From an uncultured Methanosarcinales archaeon (GTDB lineage Archaea; Nanobdellota; Nanobdellia; Woesearchaeales; GW2011-AR4), in the NCBI GenBank assembly GCA_964469645.1, contig CAYXZV010000003.1, forward strand, positions 8,538-72,537: 64,000 bases of DNA, in the 5' to 3' direction. The notes under the pieces are model-generated. The model was not told where the DNA came from. It did not search any database and saw only the letters and a list, made by a program, of their open reading frames with translations. Position 1 is the first letter of the stretch. Each line of letters starts with the position of its first letter. This document shows, one piece after another, positions 18,906 to 27,923 of this stretch. Made by a program: the position numbers and the translations under genes.

Positions 18906-20107
18906 TTTAGTAAATTCTTATATATTTTCATGAAATCTTTTGATATTTTTCCCCATGAATAATTTTTCTTCGCAAATTCAGCAGCATTCTTTCCAAGCTT
19001 TGCTGATATTTTTTTGTTCTTTAATATTTCAGCAACTGCATTGGATAATTCCAGACTATTTTTTTGTTTGATTAAAATTCCATTGTAATTGTTTTTTATC
19101 ACAAAAGGTATTCCTCCAACATTAGTCCCGATAACTGCACATCCGGATGCCATTGCCTCCAATAATGTCAAACCAAGGGCTTCTGTACCAGTCTTAGTGG
19201 AAAGTGAGGGCATAATAAAGATATCTGCAAAGTTGTAGTACTTTACAACAGCTGACACAGGCAAAGAGCCGAGAAATTCTACATATTCTTCTATTTTATT
19301 TTCTCGTAATCTTTCCCGCAAAACTTTTTCATAAGGGCCTTCTCCTATTATCAATAATTTTATCTTGGAATCGTATTTTATTATATCTGGCATTGCATCA
19401 ATAATGTATTGCAATCCTTTTTGATCGCTCAACCTTCCGACAAAAAGCAATATTTTATTTTTTACATATTTTTTGGGCTTTGGTGTTTTTTTATTCTTAA
19501 ATATATTAACATCCACCCCCATAGGGATCACTTCAATCTTTTTTGAAAATTCTGGGAATCTTTTTACCAGCTCATTTTTTGTTGCTTTGCTGTTTGTTGT
19601 TATAATATCTGAATCTTTGATTACAGAGTATTGTAATTTTTTGAAGAATATATTTTTCAATGGAAATAAATCACTGCCGTGTACACTAACCAATAATTTT
19701 ACCTTAAGAAATCTCTTAAGAAAAACTCCTACAAATCCCTGAGGTAAAATCCAATGCGCATGTACCATATTAATATGTTTATCTTTTATTATTTTATAGG
19801 ATGCTAGAAATTCGGATATTATAAGCAAAGGCATCTGCATCTTGGCCAAAAGGCTTTTCTGCATATTTGGTATTATTCCGCCACCATAACATAATTTCTG
19901 TAAGCTTTCTGGTTTAAAGTAAGCAAATCGTACAACCTCTAGCTTACCAATATTTTCTTTCTTTGCAGCTCCTTTATGATGCGGAGCAAGGACAATAAGG
20001 TTATATTTAGAAGCCAGCCTTTCTGATAGCTCATATACAAACCTTGGGCTAGAATCATTCTTCCATCTAGGAAATGTAGTTGCAGTAACAAGAACCTTAT
20101 TTTTCAT
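18902..20107 (-). CDS. GT4 glycosyltransferase
   Basis: TTFPRW, HAHWILPQG, VHGSD, FVGRL..QKG, EALGLTLLEAMASG; start set to ATG 20107 (MKNKVLV). Confidence 0.92.
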   Translation of the reverse strand: MKNKVLVTATTFPRWKNDSSPRFVYELSERLASKYNLIVLAPHHKGAAKKENIGKLEVVRFAYFKPESLQKLCYGGGIIPNMQKSLLAKMQMPLLIISEFLASYKIIKDKHINMVHAHWILPQGFVGVFLKRFLKVKLLVSVHGSDLFPLKNIFFKKLQYSVIKDSDIITTNSKATKNELVKRFPEFSKKIEVIPMGVDVNIFKNKKTPKPKKYVKNKILLFVGRLSDQKGLQYIIDAMPDIIKYDSKIKLLIIGEGPYEKVLRERLRENKIEEYVEFLGSLPVSAVVKYYNFADIFIMPSLSTKTGTEALGLTLLEAMASGCAVIGTNVGGIPFVIKNNYNGILIKQKNSLELSNAVAEILKNKKISAKLGKNAAEFAKKNYSWGKISKDFMKIYKNLLK

Positions 20108-20224
20108 ATGGTCAGATATTGGACTTCTATATAAATATGTTTTCAAAAAGCTTTTTAAATGCAGTTAAGTAACCCCAGAGGGTGGAAGGGGTAATATTAT
20201 GTGTGGGCAAGGAACACAAGATTT
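20097..20224 (+). repeat. Degenerate direct repeat copy B1: divergent promoter region with a decayed start of the gene at 24079
   Basis: ACTTCTATAT(A/G)AATATGTTTTCAAAAAGCTTTTTAAA shared with the 23994-24120 copy. GTG GAA GGG GTA ATA TTA TGT GTG GGC AAG mirrors ATG GAA GTT GTG ATA TTA TGT GGG GGC AAA. Confidence 0.85.
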
Positions 20225-20248
20225 TACTTACAAAAGTAAAAATTTCAA

Positions 20249-20333
20249 CCGCAGCAAGCTGAGAGGCATTTGGAATTTTTACTCTAGAAATTGGACATAG
20301 ATAACCATAGCGAAGCTGTGGGGTATAAACCCC
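20249..20333. repeat. Two degenerate GC-rich palindromes (CCGCAGCAAGCTGAGAGG; CCATAGCGAAGCTGTGGGGTAT), possible remnant of a REP/IS200-IS605-type end
   Basis: Related hairpin-forming motifs at 20249-20266 and 20305-20326 in an AT-rich spacer; the family assignment is inference. Confidence 0.4.
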
Positions 20334-20400
20334 AATTTCCGCTGAATCAAAAATATACAAAAAAAACATTTATATAATACTTATTTTATTGGGTTTCAAC

Positions 20401-20601
20401 ATGCAATTCGAAGGGCACAAATCAATTGAAAAATTTGGGGAGAAAATTGGATTCATTTTTTCATACTTCTTATTCACCACAATATTATTTGGAATCATTA
20501 TGTTCCTAAATAAATTACATGGAATGACATATTTACATATTATGGGGATTTCTTTATTGATTATATTTACAGGAATTTTGATTAAGAGGTTTCTACAATG
20601 A
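20401..20601 (+). CDS. Small two-TM membrane protein
   Basis: ATG at 20401 about 30 nt after TTTATATA; hydrophobic; stop overlaps the next ATG (ATGA). Confidence 0.6.
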   Translation: MQFEGHKSIEKFGEKIGFIFSYFLFTTILFGIIMFLNKLHGMTYLHIMGISLLIIFTGILIKRFLQ

Positions 20602-20849
20602 ATTCATCAAAACAGTTTTTCAGGGGTTTTAGAAAAGGTATGAATAATTTTGGACAAAATATTGCAATAATAATTAATTCAGCTTTACTGTTTATTGTAT
20701 ATTTAATTGGTATTGGTTTCACATCAATTATTGCAAAGATTTTTAGAAAACATTTTCTTGAAACAAAAATATCAAAAACAAAAACTACATACTGGTCTGA
20801 TTTAAATCTAAAGAATAAACCCATTAAGGAATACTATAGGCAATTTTGA
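20598..20849 (+). CDS. SxtJ-like small membrane protein
   Basis: FGQNIAIIINSALLFIVY...TYW...YYRQF C-terminus typical of carbamoyltransferase-associated SxtJ-like proteins. Confidence 0.65.
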   Translation: MNSSKQFFRGFRKGMNNFGQNIAIIINSALLFIVYLIGIGFTSIIAKIFRKHFLETKISKTKTTYWSDLNLKNKPIKEYYRQF

Positions 20850-20860
20850 GAGGATAAAAA

Positions 20861-22621
20861 ATGTACATATTGGGGGTTAGCTGCTATTATCACGATTCGT
20901 CAGCCGCATTATTAAAAGATGGCATTATTGTAGCTGCTGCTCAAGAGGAGAGATTTACAAGAAAAAAGCATGACACTTCTTTTCCAATTAATTCCATAAA
21001 GTACTGTCTTAAAAGCCAGAATATAAAAATCGAGGATATAGGACACATAGGATTCTACGAAAAACCTTTTCTTAAGTTTGAAAGGGTCTTGCACCAGCAT
21101 TTAGAGATGTTTCCGAAAAGTTTCAAGACTTTCTTAAGTTCCATACCTTCTTGGATTAATGAAAAATTAAGGGTAATGAGGGCCATCAGAAAGAAACTTG
21201 GGTACAAGGGAGATGTGATGTTTATAGAGCACCATCTTGCTCATGCTGCAAGCTCATTCTTAATAAGTCCTTTTAAAGAAGCTGCAATATTGACCGTAGA
21301 TGGAGTTGGGGAATGGACAACAACTGCATATGGTTATGGAAAAGGAAATGATATTGATCTCATGAAAGAAATTAGGTTTCCTAGTTCTATTGGATTGCTT
21401 TATTCCACTATAACAGCATATCTGGGTTTTAGCGTAAATAATTCAGAATACAAGGTTATGGGATTAAGTCCTTATGGTAACATGGACAAGAACAAAAATG
21501 AATATTACAAGAGATTAAAGGAAGTCATAGATGTTAAAGAAGACGGGAGCTTTATGTTTGACATGAGCTATTTTGTTTATCATTACGCGGATAGGATGCC
21601 TTCAAGTAAGCTTTGTAGACTTTTAGGCGGACCAGTAAGAAATCCAGAATCAGAAGTAACACAAAGACACAAAGATATTGCAGCAGCATTGCAGATGATA
21701 ACTGAAGAAATTCTGACTAAAATACTTAACCATATACATAGAATAACAAAATGCGAAAATATCGTTCTTGCCGGTGGAGTTGCATTAAATAGTGTGTACA
21801 ATGGAAAGATTTTAAGAAATACACCATTTAGAAAAATATGGATACAACCTGATGCAGGAGACGGAGGTACTAGCATAGGAGTTGTCTCTTATATTTACAA
21901 TACAATATTAGGAAACAAAAGGAATTACATTTTTGATGATGCGTACCTAGGACCAAAATATTCAGGACAAGAAATAAGATCATTTTTGGAAAAAAGTAAC
22001 ATAAAATATTCTGAATTTAAGGATGATAAAGAACTGATTGAGAAAACTGCAAAGCTCATTTATGACAATAATGTTATTGGATGGTTCCACATGGGAATGG
22101 AATGGGGACCTAGAGCTTTAGGAGCAAGAAGCATATTATCCAATCCCTGTAACCCAAAAATGCAGGACATACTAAATCAAAAAGTTAAGCACCGGGAAAA
22201 ATTCAGGCCTTTTGCTCCTGTTGTTTGTGAGGATGACGCTCTAAAATATTTTGATTGTGATATACCAATTCCAGAACCGACAGATTTCATGCTTATGGTC
22301 TATCCTATTAAAAAAGAATGGCATGAAAAAATTCCTGCCGTAACTCATGTTGACGGCTCTGGAAGGTTACAGACAATAAGAAGACATCAAAATCTCTTAT
22401 ATTATGATCTTGTTAAGGAATTCGGAAAATTATCAGGGATTCCAATCTTAATAAATACTTCATTTAATATAAGAGGAGAACCTATTGTCTGTACACCTTA
22501 TGATGCATATAAATGTATGATGGGAACCGGTATTGATTATTTAGTAATTGGCAAGTTTTTAATAAAAAGAGGCGACAACTTAGAAGATATGTGGGATAGT
22601 GAGAGAAATGCAAAAGATTAA
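20861..22621 (+). CDS. O-carbamoyltransferase (NodU/CmcH/SxtI family)
   Basis: YYHDSSAA, EERFTRKKH, EHHLAHAAS, DGVGE, EYKVMGL, AGGVALN, GPRALGARS, FRPFAP, HVDGSGRLQT, NTSFN. Confidence 0.95.
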   Translation: MYILGVSCYYHDSSAALLKDGIIVAAAQEERFTRKKHDTSFPINSIKYCLKSQNIKIEDIGHIGFYEKPFLKFERVLHQHLEMFPKSFKTFLSSIPSWINEKLRVMRAIRKKLGYKGDVMFIEHHLAHAASSFLISPFKEAAILTVDGVGEWTTTAYGYGKGNDIDLMKEIRFPSSIGLLYSTITAYLGFSVNNSEYKVMGLSPYGNMDKNKNEYYKRLKEVIDVKEDGSFMFDMSYFVYHYADRMPSSKLCRLLGGPVRNPESEVTQRHKDIAAALQMITEEILTKILNHIHRITKCENIVLAGGVALNSVYNGKILRNTPFRKIWIQPDAGDGGTSIGVVSYIYNTILGNKRNYIFDDAYLGPKYSGQEIRSFLEKSNIKYSEFKDDKELIEKTAKLIYDNNVIGWFHMGMEWGPRALGARSILSNPCNPKMQDILNQKVKHREKFRPFAPVVCEDDALKYFDCDIPIPEPTDFMLMVYPIKKEWHEKIPAVTHVDGSGRLQTIRRHQNLLYYDLVKEFGKLSGIPILINTSFNIRGEPIVCTPYDAYKCMMGTGIDYLVIGKFLIKRGDNLEDMWDSERNAKD

Positions 22622-23810
22622 ACCTTTACTAATAAATATTTTAGTCTTAATAATTATATTATTTTTAATTTTTTTTATATTGGAAGTATCATTAAGAATT
22701 TTTTATCCTCAGCTTACTGTGTCTAGAGCAGAAAAAATATCTCCTAAAATTTTTGAAGAAAGTGATTATACTGGTTGGAAACTTAAACCAAATACAAATG
22801 ATAGGCTTATCTCAACTATTGGGAATGAATTTAATGTCCCAGTTAGCATTAATTCTAATGGGCTAAGGGATGATGAAATTAATCCCAAAGAGATTAGCAT
22901 GAAAACCATAATCGGTGCTATTGGTGACTCCTTTACATTTGGCTCTGGAATAAGATTAGAAGATACATACCATCAAAAGCTGGAGAAAATGCTAAATAAA
23001 TACTCAGACGATGTTAGAGTAATCAGTATGGGACGTGCTGATGGTGCTTTAACTACAGATGTACAATATTTATACCTCAAAAAGAAAGGGTTGAAATTCA
23101 ATCCAAAAATGATAATTGTGGGTTATTTTGTTGGAAATGATATTACAGATATTGGTAAGAAAACTACTTGGATATCTACCGATGATAATGACAACCCAAC
23201 AAATATTACTACCACTTATACTTATATTGATGAAGAGGGAAGATATAGAAGAAATTATGACATAAGCACAGAGGGTAGAAGTTTATTTTACAAACTTAAC
23301 AGATTTATGTCTGATTGGTCTCATCTCCATATGTTCTTAAAAAGGTTTTATATCGGAGCTACTATAAGTAAACCAGAGTCAGATCATGTTTATGTGCATC
23401 CTGAAGACTACCTAAAAAAATTCAACATCTCAAAAAAAATGCTAGTTGAGATAAATAAGATACTGCAAGCCAATAACGTAACGTTAGTTGTCATGCTAAT
23501 ACCTGCAAAAGTACAAGTTGACGATAAAGCTTGGAAAGCTTATGAAGAGTATCATGATAAAAATTCTTATAGATTCAATCCTCAAAATGAGATAATGAGA
23601 TTCTGTAATGAAGAAAATATAAAATGTTTAGACTTATTGCCAGATTTTATAGGAAAACAGGGGTTATACTTCAAAATAGATAACCATTGGAATGAAAAAG
23701 GCCATGAATTGGCTGCTGGAAAACTATATGAGTATCTTATAAATGAGTATCCATATGCGAAAGGAATATATAATATGCCAATTCGACAGGGTTTAGTAGA
23801 GAATGGCTAA
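22608..23810 (+). CDS. SGNH/GDSL-type hydrolase/acyltransferase with N-terminal TM
   Basis: INSNGLRD, GDSFTFG, GNDI, DNHWNEKGH. Confidence 0.85.
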   Translation: MQKIKPLLINILVLIIILFLIFFILEVSLRIFYPQLTVSRAEKISPKIFEESDYTGWKLKPNTNDRLISTIGNEFNVPVSINSNGLRDDEINPKEISMKTIIGAIGDSFTFGSGIRLEDTYHQKLEKMLNKYSDDVRVISMGRADGALTTDVQYLYLKKKGLKFNPKMIIVGYFVGNDITDIGKKTTWISTDDNDNPTNITTTYTYIDEEGRYRRNYDISTEGRSLFYKLNRFMSDWSHLHMFLKRFYIGATISKPESDHVYVHPEDYLKKFNISKKMLVEINKILQANNVTLVVMLIPAKVQVDDKAWKAYEEYHDKNSYRFNPQNEIMRFCNEENIKCLDLLPDFIGKQGLYFKIDNHWNEKGHELAAGKLYEYLINEYPYAKGIYNMPIRQGLVENG

Positions 23811-23964
23811 TAACAAATCTTTATTAGGAGAGGTCTGGGACTTTTTAAGAGTCAGGAAAGCGTGGTGGCTTGCACCAATAATTATTATGCTAATTTTAGC
23901 AGGGGTATTGATCATAGCGGGTCAAAGTAGTGCTTTGTCGCCATTTATTTATGCACTATTTTAA
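23803..23964 (+). CDS. DUF5989/SxtK-like small membrane protein (53 aa, absent from the ORF track)
   Basis: Manual translation MANNKSLLGEVWDFLRVRKAWWLAPIIIMLILAGVLIIAGQSSALSPFIYALF; RK-x-WL-x-P and PFIY-x-LF are the family signature. Confidence 0.88.
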   Translation: MANNKSLLGEVWDFLRVRKAWWLAPIIIMLILAGVLIIAGQSSALSPFIYALF

Positions 23965-23993
23965 AGCTGATAAATATATCTTTTTTTATTAAG

Positions 23994-24120
23994 TTATTTT
24001 CCACACAGTCAAATATTCTACTTCTATATGAATATGTTTTCAAAAAGCTTTTTAAACACTATGAGGTAACCATAGAGCATGGAAGTTGTGATATTATGTG
24101 GGGGCAAAGGGACCAGATTA
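23994..24120 (+). repeat. Degenerate direct repeat copy B2: intact start of the cytidylyltransferase, decayed start of the GT4 gene
   Basis: Aligns with 20097-20224; TTATTTTCCAC here versus TTATTTTTCAT (GT4 start, minus strand) there. Confidence 0.85.
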
Positions 24121-24771
24121 AGTGAATATACCGTGTCGATACCAAAGCCTATGATAGAAGTAGGCAAAAAGCCGATATTGATGCATCTCATGGAATTTTA
24201 TGCCAGTTATGGACATAAAGACTTTATTTTATGCCTAGGGTATAAAGGGGAAAAAATAAAGGAGTTTTTTAAAGACAAGAAGGATTGGAATATTGAATTT
24301 GTTGATACAGGTGAAGATTCAAACAAGGCAGAGAGATTGATGAAAGTAAAGGACAAAATAAAGGATGATACTTTCCTAGTCTCTTATGGTGATGATCTCA
24401 GTGATGTAAATGTTAATAAAGTAATAGAATTTCACAAAGAAAAAAATAAGATCGTGACACTAACAGCAGTTCCATTAATCTCTCCATTCGGAATATTAGA
24501 ATTAAATAAAAATCTTGAAGTTACTGAGTTTAAGGAGAAACCGACACTGAAGGAGCTTATGAATGGTGGCTTTTACGTAATGAAAAAAGAGATTTTTGAC
24601 CACATTAAACCTGGACTTGATTTAGAAAAAGAGATTTTTGAAGAACTTGCAAAACAAAATCAAATTGCAGCATTTAAGCACGAAGGCTTCTGGAAATCGA
24701 TGAATACATTAAAGGATGCTATAGAATTAAATGAATTGCATGATAAAGGTGACACACCGTGGATAAGATAA
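24079..24771 (+). CDS. rfbF: Glucose-1-phosphate cytidylyltransferase-like nucleotidyltransferase
   Basis: ILCGGKGTRL, PKPMIEVG, LCLGYKGE, VDTG, FKEKP, NGGF, HEGFWKSMNT. Confidence 0.75.
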   Translation: MEVVILCGGKGTRLSEYTVSIPKPMIEVGKKPILMHLMEFYASYGHKDFILCLGYKGEKIKEFFKDKKDWNIEFVDTGEDSNKAERLMKVKDKIKDDTFLVSYGDDLSDVNVNKVIEFHKEKNKIVTLTAVPLISPFGILELNKNLEVTEFKEKPTLKELMNGGFYVMKKEIFDHIKPGLDLEKEIFEELAKQNQIAAFKHEGFWKSMNTLKDAIELNELHDKGDTPWIR

Positions 24772-25733
24772 GCTGGAAAAATACAAATGTTTTGGTAACA
24801 GGAGCTGATGGCTTTATTGGAAGCCATATAGCCAAAGCGTTGGTTGAGAAAGGAGCGCGGGTAGTAACTATTGCAAGAGACATAAAAAAAACCAATAATA
24901 TGGACATTCTGGATTTGAAAGATAAAATTGACATAGTTCGTGGCGATATTATAAATTTAGAAGATTGTGAAAGGGCAATTAATGAGTATGACATTGAATT
25001 CTGCTTCCACATTGCTGCCCAAGCAATTGTTGGTCCTGCAAATAGAAGTCCATTATCTACGTTCGGCTCAAACATCAAAGGAACATGGAATATATTAGAA
25101 ACATGCAGGACTTCAAAAACAATTAAAGGAATTATTATTGCTTCATCAGATAAAGCATATGGGCAGCAAAAAAAGCTTCCATACACAGAAGATTCTCCAT
25201 TAAATGGTTATTTCCCTTATGACGCGTCAAAAGCTTGTGCCGAAATAATAGCAAGATCGTATTTCATGACTTACAATCTGCCATTGGCTATAACAAGAAA
25301 TGCTAATACTTACGGTCCTGCAGACATGAACATGAGCAGGATTATCCCTGATGTCATTACCAGATTAGTCAAAGATGAACAGCCGATTATCAGGAGTGAT
25401 GGTAACCCTGAAAGGGACTACTTATACATAAAAGATTCTGTAAACGCTTATTTAATTCTCGCAGAAAACTTACATAGGAAAGAAGTAGTTGGACAAGCCT
25501 TTAATTTTGGCACTGGAAAGCCAATTAGTGTGCTTGACCTTTACAAAAAGATGATAAAAATAGTAGGAAAGGATGTAAAGCCTAAAATACTTGGACAAGC
25601 AAAGAACGAGATTGACAGGCAATATCTTGATTCAAGTAAAGCCAAAAAGGTTCTTGGTTGGGAACCAGAATACGACATTGACTCTGGATTAAAAGAAACG
25701 ATTGAATGGTATAAAAAATATTTTTCAAAATGA
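24759..25733 (+). CDS. NDP-sugar 4,6-dehydratase/epimerase (RfbG-like)
   Basis: TGADGFIG, FHIAAQAIV, ASSDKAYG, YDASK; coupled to the rfbF-like gene. Confidence 0.8.
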   Translation: MDKISWKNTNVLVTGADGFIGSHIAKALVEKGARVVTIARDIKKTNNMDILDLKDKIDIVRGDIINLEDCERAINEYDIEFCFHIAAQAIVGPANRSPLSTFGSNIKGTWNILETCRTSKTIKGIIIASSDKAYGQQKKLPYTEDSPLNGYFPYDASKACAEIIARSYFMTYNLPLAITRNANTYGPADMNMSRIIPDVITRLVKDEQPIIRSDGNPERDYLYIKDSVNAYLILAENLHRKEVVGQAFNFGTGKPISVLDLYKKMIKIVGKDVKPKILGQAKNEIDRQYLDSSKAKKVLGWEPEYDIDSGLKETIEWYKKYFSK

Positions 25734-26818
25734 GAGTTCTAGTTATCATGAAGAGATTTGGAGCAAATAAAGACATGGTTATGCAGAACTTTGGAAGGCA
25801 GGTAAGGCTTTTTGAATCACTTTCAAAATTAGGCCGCAAAATAGATTTTCTTTGTCCAGATTATAAAAAATTTGAAAACAAAGACATAAAAAGAAACAAA
25901 ATAAATTTCTACATAAGACCCTATTCACCATTAAATCATTTTCAATTCATAAAAATATTAAAAAACTTGATTAAAAAAAATAAATATGATTTTATTGTTA
26001 GTACAACTGATCCATTGATTGGAATTCTTGGCTATAGATACTCAAAAAAGTTTGATGTTAAGCATATCTATGATATGCAGGATGAGTATAGCTCCTATGA
26101 TGCCTATAAAATACCTTTCATAAAAAATCTTGACAAAAAAGCAGTCAAAAATTCTGATATTGTCATTACTGTGAGTGATTCGTTAAATAAATACGTTAAA
26201 AAAAATAGGAAAAAACCTACGTACACCATACAAAACGGCATTGATTTAGGATTATTCAAAAAAATAGATAAAAGTAGTGCGAGAAAAATATTAAAGCTTC
26301 CAAAAGGGAGGATCATAGTTTATACGGGTGAAATAAGCAGGTTCAAAGGAGTTGATATTCTGATTCATGCATTCAATAAGATAAGACAAAAATATCCTAA
26401 TACCTACCTATTGCTCAGCGGGAAAATTAATAAAAATATTAACATAAAACAGAAGAACATAATATTCAGAGAATTTCCAAAAAGGGAAGAACTTGCTTTA
26501 GGGATTAATGCTGCTGATGTTGCAGTTGTGCCTAACCCAAAGAATAAATTCACAGAATATTGCTTTCCTTACAAACTCTGTGAATATATGGCTTGCAACG
26601 TACCAATTGTAGCGACAAACGTTGGTGATGTGTCAGTTTTGTTGAAAAAAAATCATGGAAGCTTATGTAAACCAAATGACGTCGAAGATTTAAGTGAAAA
26701 AATAATTGCAGCGCTTAAGAGAAAAAGAAAAGTTAATTATAGAAATGACTTAAGGCAGTTTACTTGGAAAAAACTTTCAAAAAAACTTGATAAGATTATT
26801 AGAGAGATACAAAAATAA
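25730..26818 (+). CDS. GT4 glycosyltransferase
   Basis: IQNGID, YTGEISRFKGVD, FPYKLCEYMAC..PIVATNVG. Confidence 0.9.
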   Translation: MRVLVIMKRFGANKDMVMQNFGRQVRLFESLSKLGRKIDFLCPDYKKFENKDIKRNKINFYIRPYSPLNHFQFIKILKNLIKKNKYDFIVSTTDPLIGILGYRYSKKFDVKHIYDMQDEYSSYDAYKIPFIKNLDKKAVKNSDIVITVSDSLNKYVKKNRKKPTYTIQNGIDLGLFKKIDKSSARKILKLPKGRIIVYTGEISRFKGVDILIHAFNKIRQKYPNTYLLLSGKINKNINIKQKNIIFREFPKREELALGINAADVAVVPNPKNKFTEYCFPYKLCEYMACNVPIVATNVGDVSVLLKKNHGSLCKPNDVEDLSEKIIAALKRKRKVNYRNDLRQFTWKKLSKKLDKIIREIQK

Positions 26819-26854
26819 AGAGGATAAAATAAGCTGACGAAATTCTAAGTTATT

Positions 26855-27910
26855 TTAATCATCCACATACTTAGTAAGTTCATTACCAACCAAAGTTGCA
26901 AATAATTTGTTCCCTCTTTCATTAAAATGTGAGTCATATTTAAAATATAAATCACTCATACTTAAATCTCTCATTTCTTTTGTTACATCTATGTAAGTGA
27001 TATTAAGAGATGTAGCTATGTCTTTTAATATTTTATTTGGCTTATCGATATCTGCATCTATATCAAAACTCCTATAGAATTCCTCTTGATGGATCTGTCT
27101 TTTATCTGGGACATAAACAATTAATAATTTGGAATTATCAACTACTTTCTTAAATTCTTTAAATAAAGCTGCCGTCTTTACCCATTCACTACTTTCTTTA
27201 GTTTGATCTTTTAAAAAAATCCTGTATTCTGTAGATTCTCTATTTTCACTTTCATCAAAATATGCTTTAAGATTAGAAAAAGATTCTCTCATTAACCTTG
27301 CTGTTTTAGTACTGTATAATTTAGCATATACATATAATTCTCTGTTTGTGAGAGAATCGTAACGGTACTTTTGTATTAGATTTCCATAAGCAACTTTTCT
27401 GTCGGTAACACCATTATTGTCGTCATTATCATTTAAATAATAGAAAATAATTACAATTTCAGGATTATAATTCCAGCCTTTTGTTATAAAATAATGCAGT
27501 TGATTATCTTGACCGTAAGCTGGAACTCCAGCTTTGATAACATCTACTCCTAATTGCCGTTCTATAATACTCAGAAAAGTATCGTTTATTTCAACGCCAT
27601 GCCCAAATGCAAGAGAATCTCCTAATGCTAGAATCCTAAAATCGTCACTGGTTACGCTATGTTCGTAATCCCTCAGACCCTCAGAATTGATTCTAATGTT
27701 TACATCATAATCTCCAACCATCCTGCCCTCAAAATTTGGAGTCAATTTGATATCCAATGGAGTTTCAGCATTCTCAAATAATCCTTCAGGATAGGTATAA
27801 TAAAATGTAAATTTTGGAAATAGATTTAGAAATAATTCTAGAAGTATAAACATAAAAATTACTACAAAAATGCTCAACATTATGTTGGTAATTAGCTTAT
27901 TGCGTACCAT
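26855..27910 (-). CDS. SGNH/GDSL-type hydrolase/acyltransferase with N-terminal TM
   Basis: INSEGLRD, LGDSLAFG, LND, DSHFNERGN. Confidence 0.85.
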   Translation of the reverse strand: MVRNKLITNIMLSIFVVIFMFILLELFLNLFPKFTFYYTYPEGLFENAETPLDIKLTPNFEGRMVGDYDVNIRINSEGLRDYEHSVTSDDFRILALGDSLAFGHGVEINDTFLSIIERQLGVDVIKAGVPAYGQDNQLHYFITKGWNYNPEIVIIFYYLNDNDDNNGVTDRKVAYGNLIQKYRYDSLTNRELYVYAKLYSTKTARLMRESFSNLKAYFDESENRESTEYRIFLKDQTKESSEWVKTAALFKEFKKVVDNSKLLIVYVPDKRQIHQEEFYRSFDIDADIDKPNKILKDIATSLNITYIDVTKEMRDLSMSDLYFKYDSHFNERGNKLFATLVGNELTKYVDD

Positions 27911-27923
27911 AATAACCTCTAAT

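Noticed and set aside
20127..20369. 80-aa minus-strand ORF
   Set aside because: Runs across the duplicated promoter and palindromes; no motif; likely spurious
20598..23964. Saxitoxin biosynthesis
   Set aside because: Only sxtI/J/K-like families are present; no sxtA/sxtG-like core genes, and the context is glycan synthesis
23960..26865. Short shared words (AAGCTGA, TAAGTTATTTT) after 23964 and after 26818
   Set aside because: Too short and AT-rich to distinguish from chance
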